Positions 47,566 to 57,067 of a stretch of DNA of 64,000 nucleotides are shown here, piece after piece. The position numbers and the translations under genes are program-made. The stretch is from an uncultured Flavobacteriaceae bacterium (GTDB lineage Bacteria; Bacteroidota; Bacteroidia; Flavobacteriales; Flavobacteriaceae), in assembly GCA_937959395.1 (NCBI GenBank), contig CALGLR010000055.1, positions 9,603-73,602 on the forward strand. The letters run 5' to 3'. The number at the start of each line of letters is the position of its first letter. The first letter of the stretch is position 1. The notes beneath the pieces are model-generated. The model made no database searches. It was given only the letters and a program-made list of their open reading frames with translations, and was not told where the DNA came from.

Positions 47566-48744
47566 CTATTTAAAAGCATTTAAACCAGTAACATCTAAAC
47601 CTGTAATAAGTAAGTGAATATCGTGTGTACCTTCGTAAGTGACAACACTTTCGAGATTCATCATATGCCTCATAATGCTATATTCACCACTAATTCCCAT
47701 ACCTCCTAACATTTGCCTAGAATCTCGAGCAATTTTAAGAGCCATATCTACATTATTACGTTTCGCCATAGAAATTTGGGCAGAAGTTGCTGTTCCATTT
47801 TCTCGCATCACGCCCAATCTCCAAGCTAATAATTGTGCTTTGGTTATTTCTGTGATCATTTCGGCTAATTTCTTTTGTTGCAATTGAAACTGTCCAATAG
47901 GTTTTCCAAATTGTATACGTTCTTTACTATATCTTAAAGCCGTATCGTAGCAATCCATTGCTGCTCCTATTGCTCCCCAAGCAATACCAAAACGTGCAGA
48001 ATCTAAGCAACCAAGTGGCGCTCCTAATCCTGATTTATTGGGTAATAAATTTTCTTTAGGAACCTTTACATTATCAAAAATAAGCTCTCCTGTTGCACTT
48101 GCACGAAGTGACCATTTATTATGTGTTTCTGGCGTAGTAAAACCTTCCATTCCTCTTTCTACAACTAACCCATGTATGCGCCCGCTTTCATCTTTTGCCC
48201 AAACGACAGCAATCTGGCAAAAAGGCGAATTAGAAATCCACATTTTAGCACCATTTAAAAGATAATGGTCACCCATATCTTTAAAATTCGTTATCATAGA
48301 CCCAGGATCACTTCCATGATTAGGTTCGGTTAAACCAAAACTACCTATCCATTCTCCGCTAGCTAATTTTGGAAGGTATTTTTTACGTTGCGCTTCATTT
48401 CCATACTTCCATATAGGATACATTACTAAAGACGATTGCACAGAAGCTGTACTTCTCACTCCAGAATCTCCACGTTCTATCTCTTGCATAATTAAACCAT
48501 AAGAAATCTGGTCTAATCCAGCACCTCCATATTCTTCAGGAATATAGGGACCAAAAGCACCTATTTCTGCTAAACCACTTACAATTTGCTTTGGGAATTC
48601 AGCTTTCTGAGCGTATTCTTCAATAATTGGTGAGACATCACGCTTTACCCATTCTCTTGCAGCATCACGTACTAATTTATGCTCATCAGTTAATAGCTCG
48701 TCTAAGTTATAATAGTCTGGCGCTTCGAATAGGTCTGGTTTCAT
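47566..48744 (-). CDS. acyl-CoA dehydrogenase (glutaryl-CoA dehydrogenase-like)
   Basis: GLTEPNHGSDP and YEGTHDIH motifs, 392 aa. Confidence 0.9.
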   Translation of the reverse strand: MKPDLFEAPDYYNLDELLTDEHKLVRDAAREWVKRDVSPIIEEYAQKAEFPKQIVSGLAEIGAFGPYIPEEYGGAGLDQISYGLIMQEIERGDSGVRSTASVQSSLVMYPIWKYGNEAQRKKYLPKLASGEWIGSFGLTEPNHGSDPGSMITNFKDMGDHYLLNGAKMWISNSPFCQIAVVWAKDESGRIHGLVVERGMEGFTTPETHNKWSLRASATGELIFDNVKVPKENLLPNKSGLGAPLGCLDSARFGIAWGAIGAAMDCYDTALRYSKERIQFGKPIGQFQLQQKKLAEMITEITKAQLLAWRLGVMRENGTATSAQISMAKRNNVDMALKIARDSRQMLGGMGISGEYSIMRHMMNLESVVTYEGTHDIHLLITGLDVTGLNAFK

Positions 48745-48851
48745 CTGTTATTTATTGTTTTTTTAAACTAAAGTAAATTAATATACTTTAGTTTTTTATA
48801 TAAAGTTCTGAAACAAAAATAACGAAAAGGGACCCATTGCCCAATTTAAAT

Positions 48852-49565
48852 CTACATTTTCAAATAAAAATCTTTAGTAAGATTTATATAGTCTTTTGTA
48901 TATTGATGTCTGGCAGTTTCTATTATTAATTCATTTTTAATAATTTCACTTTTATTGAAAGAAAATTCAATAAGACTTCTTTTAATTTCTGAAGAGGGTG
49001 TTCCTTTTATATGCAAAACACGATTAGTAAATAGTTTAAACGAAGACGCCAAAGACATAAAATGTGATTCTTCTGCATAAGGAATTACAACACAAAACCG
49101 CCCTTCTTCATCTAATAAATGAGATACGCCTTGTAATAAATGTTCAAATGGTAACGCATCCTGAAATCGTGCTAAATCACGCTGCTCATTTTCAGTTTTA
49201 TAATTTTCAGAATAAAATGGCGGATTAGAAATAATTAAATCATACTTATCTTCTATTTCCTCAGCAAATTCCTGAAATGAAGCATGATAACAAAATAACC
49301 GATCTCCCCAAGGAGAGTTTTCAAAATTAGAAACACATTGTTCGTAGGCAGAATCATCAATCTCTATAGCGTCTATAACTTCTGCACCACTACGTTGTGC
49401 AAGCATTAAAGACAAGACACCTGTACCAGCACCAATATCTAATATTGAAAACGGATTCTCTTTAATAAAAGCCCAAGCACCAAGTAAAACGCCATCTGTT
49501 CCTATTTTCATAGCACATTGGTCTTGGTTTACTGTGAATTCTTTGAATTTGAATGGTTTATTCAT
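48852..49565 (-). CDS. tRNA1(Val) (adenine37-N6)-methyltransferase-like SAM methyltransferase
   Basis: ILDIGAGTGVLSLM SAM motif and NPPF catalytic motif. Confidence 0.7.
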   Translation of the reverse strand: MNKPFKFKEFTVNQDQCAMKIGTDGVLLGAWAFIKENPFSILDIGAGTGVLSLMLAQRSGAEVIDAIEIDDSAYEQCVSNFENSPWGDRLFCYHASFQEFAEEIEDKYDLIISNPPFYSENYKTENEQRDLARFQDALPFEHLLQGVSHLLDEEGRFCVVIPYAEESHFMSLASSFKLFTNRVLHIKGTPSSEIKRSLIEFSFNKSEIIKNELIIETARHQYTKDYINLTKDFYLKM

Positions 49566-49615
49566 ACGTGTTATTTCTAAGAAAGCAGAAATCTATTTCA
49601 ATATATAGTATTTGG

Positions 49616-49635
49616 ATTCCTACCTTCGCAGGAAT
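49616..49635. repeat. REP-like hairpin (same family, opposite orientation)
   Basis: ATTCCTAC-CTTC-GCAGGAAT followed by GAC. Confidence 0.6.
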
Positions 49636-49640
49636 GACAG

Positions 49641-50177
49641 CTATTCTTCTTCCTCTAAGTAAAGATCTATAAGTCCTTCTGGAGTATTAACAATAATTAC
49701 TTTATTTTCTTTATCTACTTTAGATATAAACGCGTCATTCATTGGGATTAATATCTCAACTCCGCCACGGTCTATTTCAAACAAAGCTTGAGCTGTAGTA
49801 TCATTTACTCCTGTAATTACCCCAACTTCACCATAATTTACATCTTTAACAGTAAACCCAGTAATTTCATGATAATAGAATTTATCATCTTCTAGCTCTG
49901 GTAAAAAAGAGATTGGCAAATACAATTCACTCTTTATTAATGCAAGGGCATCTTGCTCTGTATCCACATCTTCAAACTTAACACGAAGTAATTCTGTTTT
50001 ATGTAATTGCGATTTTTCAATAAAAAAAGGAATTAAAGTCCCTTTTAAATCTATAAACACAGATTCTAATTGTTCATAAATTTCGGGTTGATCTGTATCT
50101 AGCTTTACTAAAATCTCCCCTTTAAAACTATATTTTTTTACAATCTTTCCTAAAAAGAAACAGTCTTCTTTATTCAT
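49641..50177 (-). CDS. rimM: 16S rRNA processing protein RimM
   Basis: GKIVKKYSFKGE N-terminus, PRC-barrel C-terminus, downstream of rpsP. Confidence 0.85.
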   Translation of the reverse strand: MNKEDCFFLGKIVKKYSFKGEILVKLDTDQPEIYEQLESVFIDLKGTLIPFFIEKSQLHKTELLRVKFEDVDTEQDALALIKSELYLPISFLPELEDDKFYYHEITGFTVKDVNYGEVGVITGVNDTTAQALFEIDRGGVEILIPMNDAFISKVDKENKVIIVNTPEGLIDLYLEEEE

Positions 50178-50180
50178 TTT

Positions 50181-50200
50181 ATTTCCGCGTAGACGGAAAT
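50181..50200. repeat. REP-like hairpin variant
   Basis: ATTTCCGC-GTAG-ACGGAAAT followed by CTCAT. Same flank as the 42123 copy. Confidence 0.55.
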
Positions 50201-50237
50201 CTCATTGTTCCCGCCAAAATTTAATTTAGTATTTTAT

Positions 50238-50264
50238 TAAAAAATCCCGCTAATAGCGGGATTT
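50238..50264 (-). terminator. terminator/attenuator between rpsP and rimM
   Basis: AAATCCCGC-TAATA-GCGGGATTT with a T-run on the minus strand. Confidence 0.65.
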
Positions 50265-50294
50265 AATAGAATCTTATTTCAAGTTTTACTCGAT

Positions 50295-50816
50295 TTATTC
50301 TTCTTCGTTAGAAGCAACAGGAGTTTCCTCTGTTCCTTCTTCAACAACAGCTTCTGCTTCCTCTACTATAGGTGCAGCTGCAGCTATTCTAGCATCATTA
50401 ACCGCTTTCTCAGCAGCTAACGCCTTAGCCTTAGCATCTGCTTCAGCTTTTGCTAAATCGCCTTTTTTGGCATCTACTTTTCCAGATTTTTCATCTAGCC
50501 AAGCATTAAATTTAGTTTCTGCTTGCTCTTCTGTTAAAGCCCCCTTTCTAACTCCACCTGCAAGGTGATTCTTTAGCATAGCACCTTTGTAAGACAATAA
50601 CGCTTTAGCAGTATCTGTTGGTTGCGCACCATTTTGCAACCATTTTACAGCTCCATCAACATCTAATTCGATTGTTGCTGGGTTAGTGTTTGGATTGTAA
50701 GCACCTAATTTCTCTAGGTATTTACCATCTCTTTTTGCTCTTGCATCTGCTGCAACGATCCAATAATAAGGTTTACCCTTTTTACCGTGTCTTTGTAATC
50801 TAATTTTTACTGACAT
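50295..50816 (-). CDS. rpsP: 30S ribosomal protein S16 with Ala/Glu-rich C-terminal extension
   Basis: MSVKIRLQRHGKKGKPYYWIVAADARAKRDG N-terminus. Confidence 0.92.
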   Translation of the reverse strand: MSVKIRLQRHGKKGKPYYWIVAADARAKRDGKYLEKLGAYNPNTNPATIELDVDGAVKWLQNGAQPTDTAKALLSYKGAMLKNHLAGGVRKGALTEEQAETKFNAWLDEKSGKVDAKKGDLAKAEADAKAKALAAEKAVNDARIAAAAPIVEEAEAVVEEGTEETPVASNEEE

Positions 50817-50970
50817 ATAAAATTAATTTGTGAGGTTCTCGACCTCTATTATTAATAAGTGCGCAAAGATACAATATTTTTTTAATTTTCAAGTTTTTAA
50901 TGACTTAACACCTTAATTATTATTTTTGTTATATTTTTGGAAGGTAAAAATGTAAATGTAAGTAAGATAT

Positions 50971-52419
50971 ATGAAAAAAGCAGTTTTACTACTAGTTATG
51001 GTAGTCGGTTTTTTTAGTTGTAGTAATAATGTAGAATTTAACAATCCTGCAATGCAAGCTAAGAAAGATGGGGAGATATGGAAAGGAACATCATTTAGAG
51101 CAAATGTAGATGCAAATGGAAGATTAACAATAACGGGGTCATCAGATGATACTGATAATTTAACATTAAGAGTAACCTCTACTGTTTTAGCAACTTACGA
51201 ATTAGGGAATACCGTATCTGAAGCAACATATAATGACGGCGTTAGCACATTATACTCAACCAATAATAGCCCAGATCCAACTGTTTCATTATACGAACCA
51301 GACGGACAAATAGAGATCTATGAATATGATAGTGAAAATAAAGTCGTTTCTGGTCGTTTTAATTTTAATGCTTTTGATATTTCTGGCTTTAAAACCATAA
51401 ACTTTAATCAAGGTGATTTTTACAGAGTACCCGTAACAGGAGAAACAATAGATAATTCTTGTGATATTGCGACTCAATTAGTAACAACTACTGAAACTGT
51501 TTTTAACGCTACACCAACTTCAGATCCTAATTATTCTACCGCGTGTAATTCTTATAAGGATGCATTAACTAATAAAATTAATGCTTGTGGCGATGATAGT
51601 GGCAGCTTGCAAGCAATAATAGATACTTTAGGAGATTGCACTGTTGGCGTTGACCCTTGCGACATTGCTACTGCAAACGCAAATGCTGCCGAAACAGCTT
51701 ATAATGCGGTTCCTAATACAGATGCACAATATCCAACAGTATGTAATGACTACAAAACTGCATTATTAAATAAAATTACACAGTGTGGAGATGCAAATGG
51801 GAGCATTCAAGCCATAATAGATAGTCTCGGGAATTGTACAATTGTTACGGGTAGTCCATGTGATATAGCAACTGCAAATGCAGATATGGCCGAAATAGTA
51901 TTTAATGGCACTCCTAATACGGATCCTCAATACCCTACGGCATGTAACGATTATAAAAGTGCATTACAAATTAAAATCACAGAATGTGGTGATCCTACTG
52001 GAAGTATACAAACGATTATAGATGGTCTTGGAGACTGCTCTGCGGTAACTACAACTGGTGTAATTAGTGTCGATTTAGGCACTGCAGGATTGACATTTGA
52101 GGAAGAAATCACAGTAACACCTAATGGCACAGATTTAAATGTTTCAGCTAAAGATGGCTCAAGTGGTAATATAGTTTCATTCACGGTTGGACAAGGTGCA
52201 ACTGGAATAGATATTATTACCAATTTCATGATCCAGATTGGACCAGCAGGCGGCACAACCTATATCCCAACTACAGATCCAGCGGAAGTCTTTACCTCTA
52301 ACATTACGATTAATAATGGTACCGTTATTAACGGAACGTTCTCTGGCACAATACAAGCTACAGGAGCAGCTGCTCCAGATTTAACATTAAACAACGGAGT
52401 TATTGATATAATGTATTAA
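50971..52419 (+). CDS. hypothetical lipoprotein with three 4-Cys repeats
   Basis: Lipobox FFSC, then three ~63-aa repeats CDIAT..TACN(D/S)YK.AL..KI..CGD..GS.Q.IID.LG.C. Confidence 0.5.
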   Translation: MKKAVLLLVMVVGFFSCSNNVEFNNPAMQAKKDGEIWKGTSFRANVDANGRLTITGSSDDTDNLTLRVTSTVLATYELGNTVSEATYNDGVSTLYSTNNSPDPTVSLYEPDGQIEIYEYDSENKVVSGRFNFNAFDISGFKTINFNQGDFYRVPVTGETIDNSCDIATQLVTTTETVFNATPTSDPNYSTACNSYKDALTNKINACGDDSGSLQAIIDTLGDCTVGVDPCDIATANANAAETAYNAVPNTDAQYPTVCNDYKTALLNKITQCGDANGSIQAIIDSLGNCTIVTGSPCDIATANADMAEIVFNGTPNTDPQYPTACNDYKSALQIKITECGDPTGSIQTIIDGLGDCSAVTTTGVISVDLGTAGLTFEEEITVTPNGTDLNVSAKDGSSGNIVSFTVGQGATGIDIITNFMIQIGPAGGTTYIPTTDPAEVFTSNITINNGTVINGTFSGTIQATGAAAPDLTLNNGVIDIMY

Positions 52420-52445
52420 TTATAAATCCTTAAACATATTATTTT

Positions 52446-52476
52446 AAAGACTGTCTGAAAAGACAGTCTTTTTTTG
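52446..52476 (+). terminator. intrinsic terminator
   Basis: AAAGACTGTC-loop-GACAGTCTTT followed by a T-run. Confidence 0.85.
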
Positions 52477-52584
52477 TTTACAACTCGTAAAAAATTTCAC
52501 TTAAAAAAGCAACTATTTTGCTTATTTTTATCGCTAGATTAGTTATTAACTAATCCTTCATGAAAACAACTAAACACTCCTTAG

Positions 52585-55500
52585 ATGTACTTAATTTTTG
52601 ATACAGAAACTACTGGTTTACCTAAACGCTGGGATGCACCAATTACCGATGTCGATAATTGGCCACGTTGTATTCAAATCGCATGGCAATTGCATGACGA
52701 CATGGGAAACTGTATTGAGAGTCAAGATTATTTAGTAAAGCCAGAAGGTTTTAATATTCCTTATGATGCCGAAAAAATTCATGGCATATCTACTGAGCTA
52801 GCAGAAGAGCAAGGTGTTAATCTTATTACCGTTTTAGAAAAATTTAATATCGCTTTAAGCAAAACAAAATTTGTAGTTGGACAAAATGTAAAATTCGATC
52901 TTAACATCATGGGAGCCGAATTTGTTAGAGGAAATATTGCAAATCAACTCCAAGAATTACCAGTTTTAGACACCTGTACAGAGCATACCGCAAGTTTATG
53001 CCAAATTCCTGGCGGACGTTACGGAAAATTTAAGCTACCAACACTTTCAGAATTACATAAATTTTTATTTGGTGATGGCTTTGCTGAAGCTCATAATGCC
53101 ACAGCCGATGTAGAAGCGACAACGCGTTGTTTCTTTGAATTAATTCGTAAAGAACAATACACAAAAGAACAATTAGACGTTCAGCCAGATTATTTTGAAA
53201 ATTTTAATAAGGCGAATCCCCAACCAATTAAATTAATTGGTTTAAAACATATTAATTTAAAACGTGAAAGCGCTAAAATTAATACCCGTTTACAACAAGC
53301 TGAGACTAGTGTCGTTTCAGATCAAGACATTAAAAAAAACATACAAAATTTACAAGACGTCGATTTTGCACACCTTCATAATCACTCACAGTTTTCGGTA
53401 TTACAATCGACTATGAGTGTTTCAGATTTGATTCAAGTTGCTGCTGATAATAATATGCCAGCTGTTGCTTTAACCGATCATGCAAACATGATGGGGGCCT
53501 TTCATTTTGTAAATGCGGCAAATAAGCACAATAAAGGAGTTAAATCTAAAAAAGCTGAAGCTGAAGAAAAAGGGGAATCATTTACTGACAAAGAAGTAAA
53601 ACCCATTCTAGGTTGTGAATTTTTTGTTTGTGAAGATCATTTAGACAAATCTAGAAAAGACAACGGTTACCAAATTGTACTACTTGCGAAAAACAAGAAT
53701 GGCTATCATAATTTAGCAAAATTATCGTCTCATGCCTTTACAGATGGCTTTTATTATGTTCCAAGAATTGATAGAAAATTAATTCAGCAATACAAAGACG
53801 ATTTAATTGTATTAACAGGAAATTTATATGGCGAAGTTCCCAGTAAAGTTTTAAATATTGGTGAAAATCAAGCTGAAGACGCTTTGCTTTGGTGGAAAAA
53901 CGAATTTCAAGACGATCTTTATGTCGAATTAATGCGTCATAATCAAGAAGATGAAAACCGCGTTAATCCAACACTATTAAAACTGGCTCAAAAGCACAGT
54001 ATAAAAATTGTTGCAACAAATAATACCTATTACGCAAAACAGGAAGATGCTAATGCACACGATATTTTATTATGTGTAAAAGAAGGCGAAAAACAAGCAA
54101 CACCTATTGGTCGCGGACGTGGATATCGTTACGGCTTACCCAATCAAGACTACTATTTTAAGTCTTCTGAAGAAATGAAAAATGGGTTTAAAGACCTTCC
54201 TGAAGCCATTTCTAATATTCAAGAAGTTGTAGACAAAGTTGAAACCTATCAATTAGCACGCGATGTTTTATTACCTGCATTTGATATCCCAGAAAAATTT
54301 ATAAAAACTGAAGATGAACAAGACGGCGGTAAACGTGGTGAGAATGCATTTCTACGTCATTTAACCTATGTGGGAGCGAAAAAACGTTATGGTGATGAAT
54401 TGTCTGAAGAAGTCATAGAACGTTTAGATTTTGAACTAGAAGTTATAGAAAAAACGGGATATCCTGGTTATTTCTTAATTGTTGAAGATTTTATTCGAGA
54501 GGCTAGAAATATGGATGTTTCTGTAGGACCAGGACGTGGTTCTGCTGCTGGTTCTGTAGTTGCCTATTGTCTTTGGATTACAAATATAGATCCGCTTAAA
54601 TACAATCTGCTTTTTGAGCGTTTCTTAAATCCAGATCGTGTAAGTATGCCCGATATTGATATCGATTTCGATGATGAAGGCAGAAGCCGTGTTATGGACT
54701 ATGTAATCAAGAAATATGGCAGCAATCAAGTGGCACAAATTATTACTTACGGGACCATGGCCGCAAAATCGTCTATTCGAGATACTGCCCGTGTACTTGA
54801 TTTACCATTATTTGATGCCGATCGTATTGCAAAATTAATCCCAACCATGTCTAAACTGCACAAAATTTTTGGAGCAGATGAAAAGGGATTAAAAAACATG
54901 TTTAGAGCTGAAGATTTAGAAAAAGTAAACGAGCTTTTAAATATCTCTGATGGTAACGATTTGCAAGCCCAAACATTAAACCTCGCAAGATCGCTAGAAG
55001 GCTCGGTTAGAAATACAGGAATTCATGCTTGTGGTGTCATTATTACACCGGATGATATTACTAAATTTGTTCCCGTTGCTACAGCAAAAGACTCCGATTT
55101 ATATGTCACTCAGTTTGACAACTCTGTTGTAGAAGATGCCGGATTATTAAAAATGGATTTTTTAGGATTAAAAACCTTAACCCTAATTAAAGATACCGTT
55201 AAGATTGTTAAAGCGAAACACGACATACTACTTGATCCTGAAAACTTCCCGCTAGATGATGAAAAAACATACGAACTTTTTCAACGCGGAGAAACCGTAG
55301 GCGTTTTTCAATACGAATCGCCAGGAATGCAAAAGCACATGAAAGATCTTAAACCTACAGTGTTTGATGATCTTATTGCAATGAATGCATTATACCGTCC
55401 CGGTCCAATGGAATACATCCCTAGTTTTATTAAAAGAAAACATGGCGATGAAGATATAGAATATGACCTTCCAGCAATGGAAGAATACCTTAAAGAAACT

Positions 55501-56973
55501 TATGGTATTACTGTTTACCAAGAGCAAGTGATGCTCCTTTCTCAAAAGCTTGCCGATTTTACAAAAGGTGAAGCCGATGTCTTGCGTAAAGCCATGGGGA
55601 AAAAGCAAATTGCTGTACTTGATAAAATGAAACCTAAATTCATTGAGCAAGCAAACGCTAAAGGACATGATCCTAAAAAACTAGAAAAAATATGGAAAGA
55701 TTGGGAAGCCTTTGCTAGTTACGCCTTTAATAAATCGCACTCTACATGTTATGCTTGGATCGCCTACCAAACGGCTTATTTAAAAGCCCACTACCCTGCC
55801 GAATATATGGCAGCCGTGTTATCTAATAACATGAACGACATTAAGCAAGTTACTTTCTTTATGGAAGAATGTAAACGTATGAAATTAGATGTTTTGGGAC
55901 CAGATGTAAATGAATCTTATTATAAATTCTCTGTAAATAAAGATTATGCTGTGCGTTTTGGAATGGGAGCCATAAAAGGTGTTGGCCATGGTGCAGTTAT
56001 GACTATTGTTGAAAACAGAAAAGAAGATGGGAATTATAAATCAATTTTCGATTTAGCAAAGCGTATCGATTTACGAGCAGCCAATAAAAAAGCGTTTGAA
56101 AACTTAGCACTAGCTGGAGGTTTTGATTGTTTCGAAGGCATACACCGCGCTCAGTATTTTCAGAAAGAAGGAAGCGATTTAACCTTTTTAGAAAAAGCAA
56201 TAAAATATGCTCACAAATTTCAAGAAAATGAAAACTCTGCACAAGTCAGTTTGTTTGGTGGTGCTAGTGAAGTACAAATAGAAGAACCACAAATACCACC
56301 ATGCGAAACTTGGGGAACCATGGAAAAACTAGCCCAAGAACGTGAAGTTGTTGGCGTCTATATTTCTGGTCATCCTTTAGATGATTTTAAAACAGAAATG
56401 AAAACGTTTTGCAACGCAAATATTGCCATGTTTAACGATTTAGAAAGCTATGTTAATAGAGAATTAACTTTTGGGGGCGTCGTAACCGATGTGCAACATC
56501 GTGTAAGTAAACAAGGAAAAGGATGGGCCTTATTCACCATTGAGGATTATACAGACAGTTTTGAATTTCGCATATTTGGTGAAGAGTATTTGAAGTTTAG
56601 ACATTTTTTAATGCATAATAACTTCGTTTATGTAAAGTCTTTTATTAGAGAAGGCTGGGTAAATAGAGATACAGGTAAAAAAAGTGATCCACGCTTGCAA
56701 TTCAATAGTTTCCAACTGCTACATGATGTTATGGACAGTCAAGCAAGAAAACTATCCATTCAATTAAGATTAAAAGAGCTCGAGAAAGACAAAATTCAAG
56801 ACTTAAAAGCACTTTTAAATATGCACCCTGGCAGCCAATCATTGAATTTTGTTATTTATGATAGTAAAGAAAAAGTAAAACTGGAAATGCAAAGCAGAAG
56901 ACAAAAAGTTAAAGTCTCTCAAGAATTGTTAAGTGAATTAGAAGAACGGCAGATCTATTTTAAATTAAATTAA
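52585..56973 (+). CDS. dnaE: DNA polymerase III alpha subunit with fused N-terminal DnaQ-like 3-5 exonuclease domain
   Basis: N-terminal LIFDTETTGLP (ExoI) and HNATADVEAT (ExoIII). Then PHP (HLHNHSQFS), the palm PDIDIDF motif, and a C-terminal OB fold. 1462 aa. Confidence 0.93.
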   Translation: MYLIFDTETTGLPKRWDAPITDVDNWPRCIQIAWQLHDDMGNCIESQDYLVKPEGFNIPYDAEKIHGISTELAEEQGVNLITVLEKFNIALSKTKFVVGQNVKFDLNIMGAEFVRGNIANQLQELPVLDTCTEHTASLCQIPGGRYGKFKLPTLSELHKFLFGDGFAEAHNATADVEATTRCFFELIRKEQYTKEQLDVQPDYFENFNKANPQPIKLIGLKHINLKRESAKINTRLQQAETSVVSDQDIKKNIQNLQDVDFAHLHNHSQFSVLQSTMSVSDLIQVAADNNMPAVALTDHANMMGAFHFVNAANKHNKGVKSKKAEAEEKGESFTDKEVKPILGCEFFVCEDHLDKSRKDNGYQIVLLAKNKNGYHNLAKLSSHAFTDGFYYVPRIDRKLIQQYKDDLIVLTGNLYGEVPSKVLNIGENQAEDALLWWKNEFQDDLYVELMRHNQEDENRVNPTLLKLAQKHSIKIVATNNTYYAKQEDANAHDILLCVKEGEKQATPIGRGRGYRYGLPNQDYYFKSSEEMKNGFKDLPEAISNIQEVVDKVETYQLARDVLLPAFDIPEKFIKTEDEQDGGKRGENAFLRHLTYVGAKKRYGDELSEEVIERLDFELEVIEKTGYPGYFLIVEDFIREARNMDVSVGPGRGSAAGSVVAYCLWITNIDPLKYNLLFERFLNPDRVSMPDIDIDFDDEGRSRVMDYVIKKYGSNQVAQIITYGTMAAKSSIRDTARVLDLPLFDADRIAKLIPTMSKLHKIFGADEKGLKNMFRAEDLEKVNELLNISDGNDLQAQTLNLARSLEGSVRNTGIHACGVIITPDDITKFVPVATAKDSDLYVTQFDNSVVEDAGLLKMDFLGLKTLTLIKDTVKIVKAKHDILLDPENFPLDDEKTYELFQRGETVGVFQYESPGMQKHMKDLKPTVFDDLIAMNALYRPGPMEYIPSFIKRKHGDEDIEYDLPAMEEYLKETYGITVYQEQVMLLSQKLADFTKGEADVLRKAMGKKQIAVLDKMKPKFIEQANAKGHDPKKLEKIWKDWEAFASYAFNKSHSTCYAWIAYQTAYLKAHYPAEYMAAVLSNNMNDIKQVTFFMEECKRMKLDVLGPDVNESYYKFSVNKDYAVRFGMGAIKGVGHGAVMTIVENRKEDGNYKSIFDLAKRIDLRAANKKAFENLALAGGFDCFEGIHRAQYFQKEGSDLTFLEKAIKYAHKFQENENSAQVSLFGGASEVQIEEPQIPPCETWGTMEKLAQEREVVGVYISGHPLDDFKTEMKTFCNANIAMFNDLESYVNRELTFGGVVTDVQHRVSKQGKGWALFTIEDYTDSFEFRIFGEEYLKFRHFLMHNNFVYVKSFIREGWVNRDTGKKSDPRLQFNSFQLLHDVMDSQARKLSIQLRLKELEKDKIQDLKALLNMHPGSQSLNFVIYDSKEKVKLEMQSRRQKVKVSQELLSELEERQIYFKLN

Positions 56974-57009
56974 AGCATTTATTAACTAAAACTGCAAAAT
57001 AGTGCCTTA

Positions 57010-57045
57010 ATAAAAAATCTCATCTCTGACATTAGAGATGAGATT
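57010..57045 (-). terminator. intrinsic terminator (strong on minus strand) between convergent genes
   Basis: AATCTCATCTCT-loop-AGAGATGAGATT 12-bp stem with a T-run on the minus strand. Confidence 0.75.
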
Positions 57046-57067
57046 ATCTATAGTTTAAAATTAGATA

